64,000 nt of DNA from assembly GCA_976226885.1 (NCBI GenBank), contig OZ320319.1, positions 33,356,001-33,420,000 of the forward strand. Direction: 5' to 3'. The notes below the pieces were generated by a model, which saw only the letters and a program-made list of their open reading frames with translations, was not told where the DNA came from and ran no database searches. A program made the position numbers and the translations under genes. Positions 1-14,600 of this stretch are shown in pieces. The stretch's first letter is position 1. Each line of letters starts with the position of its first letter. This stretch comes from Iphione sp. A-MEVVRFRX5 (Eukaryota).

Positions 1-2089
1 AGGCCATAGTTGCTTTAGAGTACAACATCGGGACTACAACAGCTGTTATGTCTCGTTCATCGTGCCCACTTTTTATCAATCGGGTGTATTTGTATGTTTA
101 TATGGTTTCAACACTACATATCATATACATGTATCTAGCTTAGATGTGATACAGATATTTAGATGATAAATCACATCATATTCTTCAAGTCGGCATGACG
201 TTACAGTGGCTGATAAGCCTGGTAGCTTCAGTCATATATAGGTCATGTTGCCTGGGGTGGAGGTGAAAGGAAGTATGTTTCTCTCTTTGAACTATTATAA
301 TGTTCATGCCTACAATAATCAGTTGGCAATGATTTCAAAGGTAACACTGATATTATAATGATGACACGTGTAGAGCTACATCTAGATTAATTGCATACAT
401 CAAAATTATCATTTGTTTGATTTCACCAGGCTTTAGAGTTTATATTAGAATGGGCAGGTACTCACAGATTATCACTCACTCTTCACCTTTGCAGTATTTT
501 TTCTAAATAAAAACTTTCAGACAGTGATTTAAATTTATACACTAATATGATCATTTACATTAAGGTTTACCTTATACACTTTTCACAATGGAAACATATG
601 ATGCCTTTTAAATATGAAAGAAATCAACTCTAACGGCTGTTTGTTTACATGTTACTAGCTGAAAGTGCCCAGATTGCCCACTCCAAGCATACAACCAGTT
701 CAATTAAAGACCACACAATTTTCAGCCGGCCAGAAATCTGACAGATCAACGCCAATTACCTTACTTCATGTACCGTAAGTCATTTACGGGTCTCTGCCAA
801 ATCCTGACAGTTTACTGCTCTATAGGTAATATGGAATTAATGTGCTTCATTTTTTCATGAAATGAGACAGTAAAAACAGTGCCGTTTCGAATCCTGCATC
901 GTCTAAATAGTACTTCAGCAACTCAGAATAAACACCACCAAATGAACCAGGCAATTGTACCCTCATCTGTGGGTTGCACTGCTTCACAAGTTACTACAAT
1001 GTATAGTATAGAAAATATTTCATTTTGACTAGCCAAGCATGCCTTCCATTCTGTGTTGCCCCACAGGTTGAGAGTTCCACACAGGGTGAGTTTCTAATTC
1101 AGGACGTTCATAATGAACCTCGGCAAAGGACCTAAACACGTGCATTCGGTTCTTGTATTTATGCAGCCTTGCATGTGAACGCCCCCTGTAGAGCTACGGT
1201 GGAAGGTGAGCCTCGAGAGTTTCAGCGAGGGGCAGCACCTATGCCGTGACTCGGAGAAATTACGCACTTCACGTACGCTGTCCTTGCCATCTCTTTAGCG
1301 GCGTTTGTTTTCCTTTCAGTCTGGATAAATACTCAGTATTGGTAATAGACGGCTAGCAACAACACGACCTACAGGTAGCTCTGCAGCAATGAAATAGATC
1401 AACAATCTTTGCATTAGGTATCCTGCAGACGTTGTTTTTTCATTATTATTATATTTCATTTATCGAGAGTGCAGGAATAAATTAATCCTGAAAGTGAAAT
1501 ACCAATTTGGGTCGGTCGGTAAACTGCTTTTGGTGAGCAGTCCTTGATTACCTGCCCCAAACATCTCGGGTCATACAACAATATAACGCCAAATGTTACA
1601 CTCATCTTATCATCCACGTACAATTTTTCCCACTGTTCTCACTTCAATAAATATCTTGTCCGCAATACAAGCTTTTATGCCTTAAACGTCAATGCAAGAG
1701 AAACCTTAGAATCGGCAAAATGCCACAGTTTTATGCACGGACAACGGTCTGTACCCTATTACCTCAGAGCAGCCAATAAGGGCGTCCGGTCATACCATTG
1801 CACCGGTCTCTGCAGAGGCGCGGTCTTGCCTGACAGTAGGCCCAGACCTCGAGGACTATATAATTATGTGGACACGTGCAGTTTGATTACCAAAGGGTCA
1901 TGTCGTTCAAGCCTTTGTATACAACTTAAGCGGTACTTAATCACTCCTACCTGGCAATCCTCTAGCAGTAGCACCACAATCAATAAAATGATATTCTTGA
2001 AACATCCATGAAAGACAATTCACAGTACTTTCCATTCTCTTCCTATTAGTCATGTAGTTGCATGATGCCCTAAAATATTGATGGATAAA

Positions 2090-3020
2090 ATGCAAAACCT
2101 CCTATCTACAACTTTTTCACTTTTTCAGTTTTTGATTTAGGATGATTTAGTTAATATAGGGTGTATCTTTCTACTTATGTGTGTAATTTCAAATGATTTT
2201 TTAAAGATGCTGTTAGCAAAAAAGGAAACCTCTTATCTGCTTGGGCCAAAAAAATCCAGAAGTGCAAAACCTCCTATCTGTACGTGGATATTACCAGGGA
2301 CAGCAGCTGATCAGGCTGAAACCATGTTTTCTGCCTTACTGTGGAATATTTTGATTGAGTTTATAGCAAGCTAAACAAACTGCAACAAACAATCTTTTAA
2401 CTTTCTAAGCTAGGTAGCCTCTTATCACTCATCGGCCAGCAGATTTTGCAGCAAAATGGGGTAAGTTTTTTAAAGTAAGTTTATAATAACATAGAAATGG
2501 CATTGCCGGTTGTTTCAGAGTGTTATTTGCTCATAGTAAACATATATCTAATGATTATTTTAAAGAAACAAAAATAAAACCTCCTATCAGCTTGGGCCAA
2601 AGAATCCAGAAGTGCAAAACCTCCTATCTGCACTTGGATGATGACAGAGACAGCTGATGTACTTCTTAGATTGAAGTTATATTTTGTGAGATATCTCACT
2701 TATTTTTGGGTTAATTTGATGATTCAATTCATCCTTATTCTATTTTCCACCATTTTGTGACATAGTTCACTGAAAATATATGAAACGCAAAACCTCCTAA
2801 GTGCAGTATGACACAGGAAGTATAAGACAAAACCTCCTATCTGCACTTCATTATCATTTTTAGAACCATCCCAGTGATATTATTGGATTTATAGTAAGAC
2901 AGGCCTAAAAGAGTGTATTTTATGTTACATTGTCTTCAATAAATGTGTATTTTGTGAAATGAAAAAGTTTTTCTTCATTTACTCCAAATACACTCTTTTG
3001 CAGATATGAGGTTTTGCATT
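2090..3020. repeat. Cluster of AAAACCTCCTATCTG motifs with a ~90-bp direct repeat and one inverted copy
   Basis: Motif at ~2093, 2226, 2265, 2576, 2615, 2787, 2828 and inverted at ~3000-3018; blocks ~2222-2312 and ~2572-2659 are near copies. Confidence 0.75.
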
Positions 3021-4117
3021 TCAGCCATATATTAATAGATAGAAAAGAATCATACATTGGTTCTAATTAGGTCCCTATGGATAATATACCTCCAGAGCAA
3101 CTCTCATGGTCTCACATTTCTGATTAAATAGGTACTGAATTTCTTATTTTACTGCAAAGCGTATCTATAGAAAGACTGCACAGACCGTTTATCTATTATG
3201 ATTCATTCCAAACGTGTGGCTGTTAAAAATAAGGACAACGTCTTTACGAAGAACGAAATAAGTCCGTGTTGGATCAGTCTTTGTATTATTCTCGCGTGAA
3301 GTATGCTATACCGCAGTACAATAACCATAGAGAAAGAAACAAAGACTGTGGTCCTAGGTGTTACCACAGATAGAATTCCAATACCATGCCATTACTGGAA
3401 CATTTGGGGGGGGGGGGGAAACCTTATCCGAAAGACTGAGTGGCGACCAGGTTCTTTTTCATTCGTTACAAACTACACTTCTTATCTCTCTTGAAATGGC
3501 TTGGCCCTATCGACATCCATGATCTTTGCTGGTGTGCTGTTTATGACCTATTGTTCGCTCCAGAAACACTGCCTATCTATAGTGACTTCCCCTATACAAG
3601 CAGGCCTCAGTATGGAATTCTGATGCAAAATGAAAAAAGGCTTTGCCCACACGATATACAGAGTAGACGTCGGACTCTTGATGCGGCTAACTCGGAACAA
3701 CTTTTATAATTTTCCCATGAGATAATATTTTAATGGGATTTAGAGCTTTTGTTACTAGCACACTAAAAACAATGACATTTTACTTTCATTTAATGTACAC
3801 AAGGTTAGCACAGTCTTGCAATAGATATGAGTCTACCTTTCGCAAATGAGACAAATATTTATGCACAAGGTTTTGTAATTTTACCATGACGCTAGCAAAT
3901 GCGGCAAATTCGCTAAGTTGGCAATGATGTTTCTAAGGCTAACAGTGAGCCTCGGTATTTCATATATCCTAGAGCTGACATAGAATTTGCAGGCAAAATG
4001 CACTCGAAAATGTGATCATCAAATCTATGTAATTATGATACTCTACAACTATCTCGTTTATGATGCACTCGACCTTCTTCCCTATTTATTGGCGAGTATT
4101 CGACTGTCCTGGGCATT

Positions 4118-4430
4118 TCATAGACTGTAGTTATGTCCGAGCCCGGTCTTGTGGCCATTTGAAATATGTCTTTGTATTTTCATATATTTTTCTCTTTTCT
4201 CTGTTATCCGCTGTTTCCTTTTAAAAAGATTGGCTAGTGTCTTATTGCTCCAAACTGTACCATGTGCTGTGTTGTGAGTCCACCGCAATAAACCATTCAT
4301 ATACAGCCATCCTTCGCTTAGTGGCCGACCACCATCTGACAAAAACACACTTGTGGTACAATTCACGTACAGCTGAACTTTTCCTGTATATATGTACATG
4401 CATTTCACACAACATAGCCAACAATTCAAT
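4118..4430 (-). mobile_element. Possible LINE ORF2 remnant
   Basis: KRRMAVYEWFI / HGTVWSNKTLANLFKRKQR / GHNYSL resemble degenerate post-RT motifs. Confidence 0.35.
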
Positions 4431-4718
4431 TTCTGACGATGGCTTTCTTCCCGGAAGTAATAAATAATAAAATCATTTTCCTTTGTTTGAATCTATGTAC
4501 AATCACATTTTGGTTTCTCACTATTTCGTAACATTCACTCTTTGAATAATTCAATTGCTGAACGAATCGTAATTGCCGGTTGAAATACCACGTAATGATG
4601 ACAATTCGGATAACATTTCATTATGGTATGTACAAATGTATGTGGCAAATCCCCAGACATTTACGCACAACATATGGAAGGAGGCTAAGGTAAGATAGGG
4701 TGCATGCATGTATGTTTA

Positions 4719-5120
4719 TTAGAATAATGAGGTACGGAATAAGTATTTAGACTCAAATAATTTCTGTTGGCCGGGAGAACTACATATACAAGGAAAACCA
4801 GTATTCACCAGTGTTAACACAATCTTCTTTAAGACAGAGTGCGTCAATTTTCTAGGCAAACACTTCCACAGTTGCACACCAGGATAACAAATATAAAATG
4901 TATAGGGATCATAATTTAGCTTGACAGTAGCAATTTTTACAGCTAATCCTGTGCTTTGGTGTTTCATTATACAAAGACTAATCAGTGTTTTCAATAAGTA
5001 TAGCGAGAGACCCTTTCGACTGGTCTTATTGGGGGGGGTTTTCAAGAGTCCACGATCCATACCCGGAGCAGCTTTCAGCATAACAGATAGCCTCATCTGA
5101 ATATGATTTTGCTGACTCAC
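4719..5120 (-). mobile_element. LINE (L2/Crack-like) ORF2 3'-end remnant
   Basis: FYICYPGVQLWKCLPRKLTHSVLKK resembles the terminal S..Y.G.KLWN.LP motif. Confidence 0.5.
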
Positions 5121-8100
5121 ATCAAGATCATTTTTACTTTGAAAGGTAGTTCCCCATTCATTCTTTTTATAGATTCTTCGAAATACAGTTCTTGGTCACA
5201 CTAAATCCCACCATGAATGTCTGGGAGAACCTAAACAGCTCCGGGGGTGATCAACATCACACATTAGGCGATGCAAATGTTTAGAAGTACCTCTTTAAAG
5301 GACCGGTCTTAGTGGTTGCACCACACATACATGTACACACACTGTAAAGATGATATCATTTGAAATCATTTCAGCCGTCGATTATCGTATAATCGATAAC
5401 TGCTATCATTTACTATGGTCGATTGTCCGTAGGAAAGGTTTAGTGTATACGATACACATGCATTAATACATGCATGTATTTGATTTTCTTTTTTTCATGC
5501 AAACTGGCCTTGTCATCGAGCATTTTATTTATTCATAATTCAGCATTGTATTTATACATAATTCATAATGTTTCTTACTTAACTAAAGCCTTAAAATTGT
5601 ATCACAATAGATATATTTTGAATACATCCGGTGTGTAACGTCTTATCGTCATACTAGCTAGTCTCCGATAGTTTTTTTAAATAATTTACTTAGGAAAGCG
5701 CCATTTCAGTAATAGATGTAAGTATAATGTTGTGTTGTCAACAACAGTGATGCAAATATGATATGTATACATGTACATTAAAACCACTCTAAACCCTGCT
5801 GAGCAGGTTTTCATTGGTTCATTGTCTCCCAGTGCAGCATCAATTAACGTCCGTTTCATATCCAGCAATATTTGTGAATTGGTTGGTTTTTATGCATAGT
5901 CGAGTATGTTTTTTTGCAGATACCTCGCCGTGGGTAGAGAAAATATTAAATGAAGGAATGTTTAAGTAGACTACGATCTTCAAGTTTTATGTCAGTTTAT
6001 TCAATGCCATAGTGGCTCCCTTTAATAAATTTGATATGATTCAAGCAGCGACTTTTCTCCCTCCCCAGAACCACATTTTCCCGACCTCGGAAGTGTGGAT
6101 GCAACAGCGCCTTCGATCTCTTATAACTTCTAACTACTCATCACTCAGGAACCACGGAGGAGTTCTTATTAATCAAGAACTATTGCATGCTTGGCGTGTC
6201 TCAATCGCAGCCATTCACTGAATAGGACCTAATGCACTCAAGGAGGTGCCTTGATCATCAACCCAGCCATCCATAGCAATTCCGAGTCTGCAATATAAGG
6301 TGCTTGGAGACATTTGCAAAAAAAGTCAAATGGTTTCCATAGCAACTAGGCTGGTGATCCCGATATCGGTAGATACCTATTATCTTTAGGCTCGTTCGGC
6401 TCTGGAGGTCTTCGGTAAAGTGCACACATCAACACTACTGGTACTTATCTACACAGAAATTGAATAAATCTGTTGTAGCAATACTTTACATTGAATTATT
6501 GGACAGTAATTATCCAGTTTTTTAAATAATACTTTAAAATTCAATAAATGTGGGTACTTTTCGATACTGGAGTATTCATATTGTTACCTGCATGGAATAA
6601 CTGCATCTTATTTCAATGCCACTACATACATACGATGCTATAAAAACGACAAATTTATAAGAGGTGTTCTCGCTGAAGAATGCATAAAGGATATCCTGTC
6701 TTGGCCTATTCGCTATCGGAAATTGTTGCTGTTGCCTAGAGAAGTACGTTTTGTCGCTGTTCGAAACCATGCACTGTATCTAGGGAAATCATGTTGTGTT
6801 GATTCTCCTGCACTGAGAGCGGATATCCGATAGTCCCAACAGCAGCATGACTCGTGCTATTCAACTATCGGCACGAACCCAAGCACAATACACATATATG
6901 TGTTCATGTATGTATATTGAGCTTTTCTATTTTTCATTTCATTTTATTTAGATAGGGATTGCCCGTATAGAAGACTATTTTGCAGACCTCATCATAATTC
7001 ATTTTGAGAGACCTTAAACATTTGTCAACGTTGAAATAGGACTAGAACTGGAAAAGAATCATAACGCAAAATAAAGTTATGACCCATGGTTCAGTTTTGT
7101 GCGCATGCCCAAGTTGTGAGCTAAAACGTATATGTGTATTGTCATTACCTATAGTTATACCCTACAGTTCTGTAGATAACGACTCTCACACAATAATGTG
7201 ACCACTAAAACGCCCATATACACAAAGGTGTATCAAATCTAGTGCCATTCCATTTAACCACTGTACATTGTTTTGATATAAGAATTTCTGCATCGCCCAC
7301 GCATCCAAGCTTTCTTATCAATATATTGATATATGTACGTGGTCAGTGCATGTGTAGTGGATTATAAATTTCAAATTTGGAACGCGTTCGTGACATTCTT
7401 AACTATGGTCGATCATATTCTGGTTGAAAAGTAATATTTTCATTTGTATAATCTGGTTTCTGCAGAGCTAGGTCTTACGAATTGAATATAATAATTGTCA
7501 GAGCGTCCGTCGGGTTAGCAGTTACCAAGCTGGTATAATTATGCACATATTTTTGTGGCGTAATCGTGTTGTGTATATATGTATGTAAGGCACGGTTGGG
7601 AATAACCAGCCCAGCACCAAACCTTCTGTGTCTGGTAAGAAGCCTATAAACAAACCGCGCAGTAATAAGGACTTGTGCCTGGTGTATTCGTTCATTCCCC
7701 ATTCCAGGTACCACTGGATACAAAATGCACGAAAGACAGATCATATCCATTTGCCACTGCTCGATCGCGACGAGGTAAACAAGGGACCTCGCGCGCTGCT
7801 CTGGAGGCGACAGTGGCGACATCTGCCAACACTCGGAACTTACTGGCGAGGAGATGGACGCAAACAACGCGAAGACAAATCATATCCATTTCCCACTCTT
7901 CCCGATCAGCCAAACATGGGCATGACGCTCTATTTCGCGGCCACACATGTCCACCCACAGATGCCGTTCGTGCCAGGCCAGCACAAACAACCCGATCCTA
8001 TATCATGTCATTCGAACAATGGTCCCCCATCAACAGTATACGCCGTGCACATGTCTGAGCGGATGAAAGCCCAGATATAGGTCCTATATTCACTTGCTCA

Positions 8101-8371
8101 TGCCATTCGGTGAAACTGGCAGCACCAAAGATTTCCAAAGGGACCGATCGAAAGTCTCTATTGTTGAAATCGATTCCTGATTTTTTTAGTATTCTTTTGA
8201 TGTCATATCTCTCTCACATGATACTAACAAAGTATCGGTGGGGGACGCGACCCGATCTTGATGATCTGCAGCATATTCTGGATATTCTGGCGTTTATCTA
8301 CATGTAGGCGGTTGTACAAGCATGTTATAACATGGTTAACGAACACACGTTCAACTGTATGACAAGTCTTT

Positions 8372-8671
8372 CGCCCTGTGAAAAAATATCTGTTTCCAGG
8401 AATCCGACCAACCCTATTCTGGCCCTAATGGAATATTTATGTTTTTTCTTGTTTAGTAAATATCTTTAGAGTAGATAAAGATATGCAATACATCATTTTC
8501 TTTCTTGCATCATTGGCTTTCATATGATGTAATTGTCTGCCATATACGTGTATAGATTTCAGTAGCAATTATCATTGGAAAAAAAGAAAAATATAAAAAC
8601 ACCTACCTACCGACTCTTCCTTTTCTTACCATGTTAACGGAAAAGGTGATATACATAAATTTGTTTGGGTC
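8372..8671. mobile_element. MITE family copy (opposite orientation to the 42450 copy)
   Basis: AAAAAATATCTGTTTCC..ATCCGACC at left; CCTACCTACCGAC and CATGTTAACGGAAA...GGTC|TTA at right. Confidence 0.55.
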
Positions 8672-11600
8672 TTAGGCATGCATATTCACATATCGTAACA
8701 TCTTTGTGTACAAAAAGAAAATATTCACGCACATTTTGCCTTGACATGATTCTCTGCTGGTCAAAATAAGTCATCAATAGAGGTATTTGTATTTTTAAAT
8801 CGACATGAGATCGCTAGAAACATTAATATGGTAATATGTTTGTATCAAATGCGGGCTGATTTTTTTTTAATTTTTCTATTCTAACATTTCGGCCTTATTT
8901 TGGCTGTTAAAGTATACTCTTTCATTCCTTACATCTCTTTTGTGGTTGATTGCCAGCCAGCCATGCTGGTATACCTTAGTCGTGTATGCAGATCCTGGAT
9001 GTGATCTTGTCGAGTATTTTTATTTATCCGTGGATCGGGATTCTCTACTTACCAACTCGGGATTAATGGTTGACACACCCGTCTGCATACCTAACGAAGA
9101 CTAAAAGAAAGCAGTCTTTAGTAGCAGGAAAGGCACTCCCGCCTGCCTAAAATGATTGCTTGTCACGTCGGTGTCATGGACAGTAACCAACAGTAGCGGC
9201 GGGGAGAAGGGAACTATCAGTTGATGCATGGCCGAATTATTCATTGTGGTCGACCGGCAGGAGAGGGAAGGTGGAGCAGGGCTAAAAGCCTCCGAAGACC
9301 CTAAGCCCTAGAGGACGTGTAGGGACAGCATGCAACAGTGTCGTCAAAGTGTTCTCTCCCCAATTATATCTACTACTTACACTCAGGGTGGTTGCATTTC
9401 CCTTTCGTGTGGACAGCAGGAGTATTATGTCCCATTTACTGAGTTTCAAGTGCTGATTTCCACGTTGACGAAATCTTACTCGCGCTGTCATGAAACCAGC
9501 TGTATACATCTTATTTAATTTAGTTATTCTACACAGGAGAAGGGGAGTGAACCCGTCTTATTTAACCAATTATGGTGGCAAAATCGTTTGATACTGAAGT
9601 AAAAGGGATCTTGTCGTTTCACCACCATAGCTCTCTCACCCTGTCTATACATACCAGCACATTGTAATTTATGTTACACTGCACCGTGAATATATGATTA
9701 TGTGGCTAAAGCTAATGCATGAAATATATTGTAACATGAGCCTGCATGCATTTGCTAGCTTCGTGAGTGGTTCTGTTTGGGTTCTTTTGTTGTTTATGTC
9801 AGTGAATTCTTTACACCATTTGTCAATCCGTTTATCTCCGCCAAGCGTCGAGACTCCACAACCATAAATTAGATTTTTTATTAACTTGACATGATGGAGT
9901 GTGTTATAAGATAAGACATGCATATGTTAACATAATGTTCGTTGCAGTGATCATCATCATCTTCATCACAGATTCATGCTAAGGCCTAATATCCATATTG
10001 AAGTGTATTCATGTCCATGCTACCATGCTGTTGCTGTGTTTTTGTTATCTATAGATTACAACTGGAATGCTGCTAGGTACTGGTGGAAAAAGTGAGGAAC
10101 GTTAACCCAGTTGGTCATGTTTCCTTGGCAGTGTTTTGAGAAATATAGTGTATTTGTGTGGATGCACAAATATCCAAGGTCCACAACCAGTTCCAGTTTC
10201 AAGTCTGTTTAATACTCACACAGCAATTCTATATACATGTATAAGGAATCATAGTCACATGACCAAATGCAGGAGTAACTAATCAAAAACAAGCATGGAA
10301 CATTCCTGATACAATGTATCACTCTGAAGTTAAAGATAGAATGCTATTCCCCGATCAGGATAGGCCAGAATGCCATAATGTATCTCTTAAACATCGGGTG
10401 ATTTGTACATTTCCACTAGTCTCTTAGAAATCTGTTAATAAGGTAGTGCACTTCCGAATAATGGTAATGTAAGTAGTCACCAGATATGGCATAGCTGTTT
10501 GCACTGATTGTCCTCTACTGGTACATTACTGAAAGACCCCATCTAAGTGCATACTGTACTTATCTGCCACTCCCTGCTAATAAGTGGTGCACTGAGTGAA
10601 CTCTGCCCTATTCCGTGGTGCCACACAAATGCACTTAGTGACTCCTGATATACTCTCTGTCAGTAGGTAGTGTCCTCAATGAACTTTCTAACACTGGTTA
10701 CCATAGAGAATAGTAAATGGACCATCATTTATTCTACACTAGGAAGAAAACGTTTACTACACAGTGACATGTAACACATGATGACATAGTCTACGGTGCT
10801 TCATGGTGAGAAACACAGCTCTGAAAGTCTGGTTACATGGAACTTAGACCTGATGAACTGGATTTTTCTCCCTCTTTACATCGATGTTTAGTGGGTAAAT
10901 ATAATGGAGCGCCTCTTATTCGGATATCTTGTACCCAGCTATCTTATGACTGTTGGAAGGAATGTGACATACTTAGTTTAAGATAGAGTTCTGCAATTAA
11001 TATAATGGTGCAAGATATCCACAAGAAAGGTTGGGCCAGTGGGAATGCGTAGAAAATGGCAGTCATTGCAAGGAAACATCAGGATGGCACTCCAAGCTGT
11101 CATAGACAAGTAATCAAAGGTGAGCATGCATGCTATACTTAGCTTTAGCATAATTTAGCCAGTTCTTTCCAGTGTTATTTCGCACTGACTGTATGTCTCA
11201 ACTGGTGCTTCAGTAGGCATTCCATTGTAATATCATCTTGGTAAGTGCACACTCATGAATCCTAGGTAAATCAACCGGCTTGATTTAATCAGGTGAATAA
11301 CATTTGAAGCCTCCCCAGGGTTTGCCTGCTGTGCTGTTTTCTGCACACACGCTTCGAGATTGTTCTTTTCAACATTGGCGCTAGCGGAGTGCAAAGCATC
11401 TCCATCGTTTACTGCCAGTGGTGTGGGGTTTCCGAAATCCTACGTACGGCTCCAGGTCCCACTCATTACAACGGAACCATCTCTGAGCGGAAAATATATA
11501 TGGATGATGACAACATATCCACTCACTTAAAATACACGACTATACAGTCGAACGTCTATTTGCGACCACCAGTATGTTCCCAGCTCAAATTATCGGATTA

Positions 11601-14600
11601 GAGATATTGGTCGCAAATTGGTATAAGCCTATCCCCAAAAGAATAAAACAACAAGGCCTTTTGACACCTGGGGTCGCTTATCCTTTCAGCATGACTTCAA
11701 ACGGTCAAAAAATAGATTTAAAAATACAATAGAAATGAAGCTATGTGAAATGAAGAGATGTGGCAGGAGGACCATATTGGCCAGAAATCAATTTGGATGG
11801 AAATCGTTCACTTTGCATATTGATTATGTATAGAAAATATTTCTGTTCCGAGTTCAAACGGTCCTATTTCTAGTTTTGGTCGGAAATCGGTATGGTGGCT
11901 AATAGGCATTCAACTTTATTTTTATCATCGCCAATTATGCATCCGTCTTTATTGATGCTTCTAGCACTAGTTAATATGCGTTTCCGACAAGCCAAAGGGT
12001 TAGTTGACTGGTTCATACCAACATAATTATATGATAATAAGGTGCCCAATAATAAATGAAGACAAGTCTTTAATGTTTAAAGCAGCAAAGCAAAGCCCCC
12101 CTGTGCTAAAGTAAAAAAGGGGATACAAAGGCTTTGTATTTCTGCTTACCCTTGTCAGCATCTAGCAAGTCCTTGGCAGTGGAGTGGATGATGTAGACGC
12201 ACCTACGTAGCAATTACTTGATGGACATAATAGCTTTGTACCGGCTGTAGTACCTGATATTCAGCCCGGCACCATTTTAAGTGCTAGGTGGAACAGCGGT
12301 TACTTTGATGGAGGACGTTGGCTCACAAACAGGGAGCACAGCCAGCGAGATGACACAGAATGCGGCGACAGTGACGCCTTCTGTGCTCTATGCAACTACT
12401 ATGCGTGCCTACAAGATAGCGCAGAGAGTGAGAGATAGAGAGAGAGAGACATACTGATATAGGTCATGCGCGTTCGTCTGTAATACATGTGTACCATAAT
12501 ACATGTATACTTGTTATCCATTCATGCAGGTACAATTGTAGATATGCATAGACATGCCTGGGCCTCTCTGGTATTCCATCAATAGCTGGACCACTGACCC
12601 TCCTCTCACTCGCTGCTAGATAATTAATTTATCTGAACGGCTAGGTGATGCAGCACCGTTAGCTGCAACCTTGCGAGTGGCTTCTTCTCCACTGAGTCGC
12701 TCAGGAGACTCAAGGGACTATTGGCTGCCTTTCGTGAGTCTTGGCTGGTCTGGCATCTGTATGATTCACATCATCCAGGGACACGGTCGAGGTTTAAATC
12801 TTTGATTGCTGGTAGACTTGGCAGACTGATTGTGGGTGATAGTCGGTCTTTGGAGTTCTTACCCGGTTAATCACTTCAAATAAACACTCGGTATTGCTGT
12901 CACGATAAGGATAAAACCGGATTTCACAATAATCGAGGAAGAAATATAAAAGAGAACACCTGTCTTGACCTGTGTCTGATTATACTAACAGGAGTACACT
13001 AACGAATATATATCATAATACGTCTGACGTCTTGACACGGAATTCTTTACTTATTTGTACATACTGTAGGCCTACATCCCTTTGGACCAACGACTTGGCC
13101 CGTTGTAAGCAGTTGTCCTGCGGTGAAGATCATAACAGAAATTTACACAAAGATAAATCACAGTTGATATCGACGTGCGTCTCTTATGTTGGCCTTCTTG
13201 CCTGACGCCCAGCACAACACTGGTCGGTAGATGGCGTGTGGGTCGTGCTCAGCTTGTAATTGCTATAGGCCAGGCGCTCAGACGCCCCCACCATGCAGTG
13301 TTCACGCAGAAAGACTGTCGGGTGCTGGACCCGCACACTGCCGGACCGGTTTGGAGAATCAGAAAGCGGCTGCATTGGAGAAGCAGAAGTAGGACCCGAG
13401 CAGGACGTTGAACGCAGGGGAGAGGCGCGCGCCGGTGGCAGCGGTAGGCGGATGGGGTGTCGGTGTTGTTAGCGCGGCCTGTCGGGGGCTGAAAGCCGCC
13501 TACCACTATCCTCCAGCAGGGTAGGATACTCAGAAAAGGGTAAGCGTATAAACTCCAGCAAAAACATCAATCCACGAGTCGACTTCGATGCACGCAGAAG
13601 TAGCAGAATGCAGGCCGCACCTGAGTGGTGGTAGTGGTGGTAGTGGTGGTGGTAGTGTGCGCCGTAGTCTGACAGCAGGCCACTTCTGCAGCTCGCCAGC
13701 TCTAAGATGTCAGCACTCCGTTCTGCTGTCTAACCGAAGAGGAGGTGAAGTTACTGAAAGAGAGAGAAAGAGAAAACGAATAGATCAAGGTGATTTAATA
13801 CGTGAGAGCTTTAGCTGAGCCATTTGACGCCCAGGTGCTCCTATCTAAGAAACCCAGGTGAATCAATTGTACACTATGCGCCCCACTTTTCAGATTAGCT
13901 GCTTCCATTGATCCTGCACATCGATTACATCCTGTGTTTTATCGTACCTTAGACTGGAATCCAGCACTGCATACCTGTTGTTCGTCATTGAGTATTTTGC
14001 ACGAGTGGGGAATGCCACTGAAATGTGACTACAGTGACTCGCCCCGTCAGCCAAGGCGTTGTCGTCACATTTCAGTGTGATCGCCGGGAGAGACCAGACG
14101 TCCTATTTGCATCAGGCTCTCCTGTCTCCACTAGTCAACACGAAACAGGTGAACGTGGAATCGGCTCGTGCAGAGAAAAACTAAACCAAGAAGGGGCCGT
14201 ACAACATCCCTGCAAAGGGAGGCGGAGCAGCTCTATTGCAACCGGGAACACGCTCTCTGGAACTCATGGCGGCTGCAGAGGGATAATATACGTGTCTGTG
14301 CAGAAAAGCCGGCATTTAAGACTAGCACTAGACATTCGTGAGAATCCCACGCTATCAACCCACGCGTACCCAAGTGCAAGAAAAGCAACGGCGGTGTGTT
14401 TTTTCCACCAGACTATAACATGAACATCTGCGGTAACTTTACATATTTTAATGCGTAATTAGGATTGTCGTGCAATAAGAAGGTGATTCCTCTGTCGCCT
14501 ACTCCAGGTCGACATTGTCCCCCATGAATGTGCAATTCTTCTTCTGAAAGAGGTCGTCCCTCGAACAAGCTGAGACGGATCAATACGCGGTGCCTTCTAG

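Noticed and set aside
1191-1211. 14-nt AG...GT microexon-like string
   Set aside because: Its core GAGCTACGGTGGAA recurs near 47668, so it is probably repeat-derived; weak pyrimidine tract.
1544-2011. 155-aa ORF
   Set aside because: Non-ATG start, no recognisable domain or splice signals.
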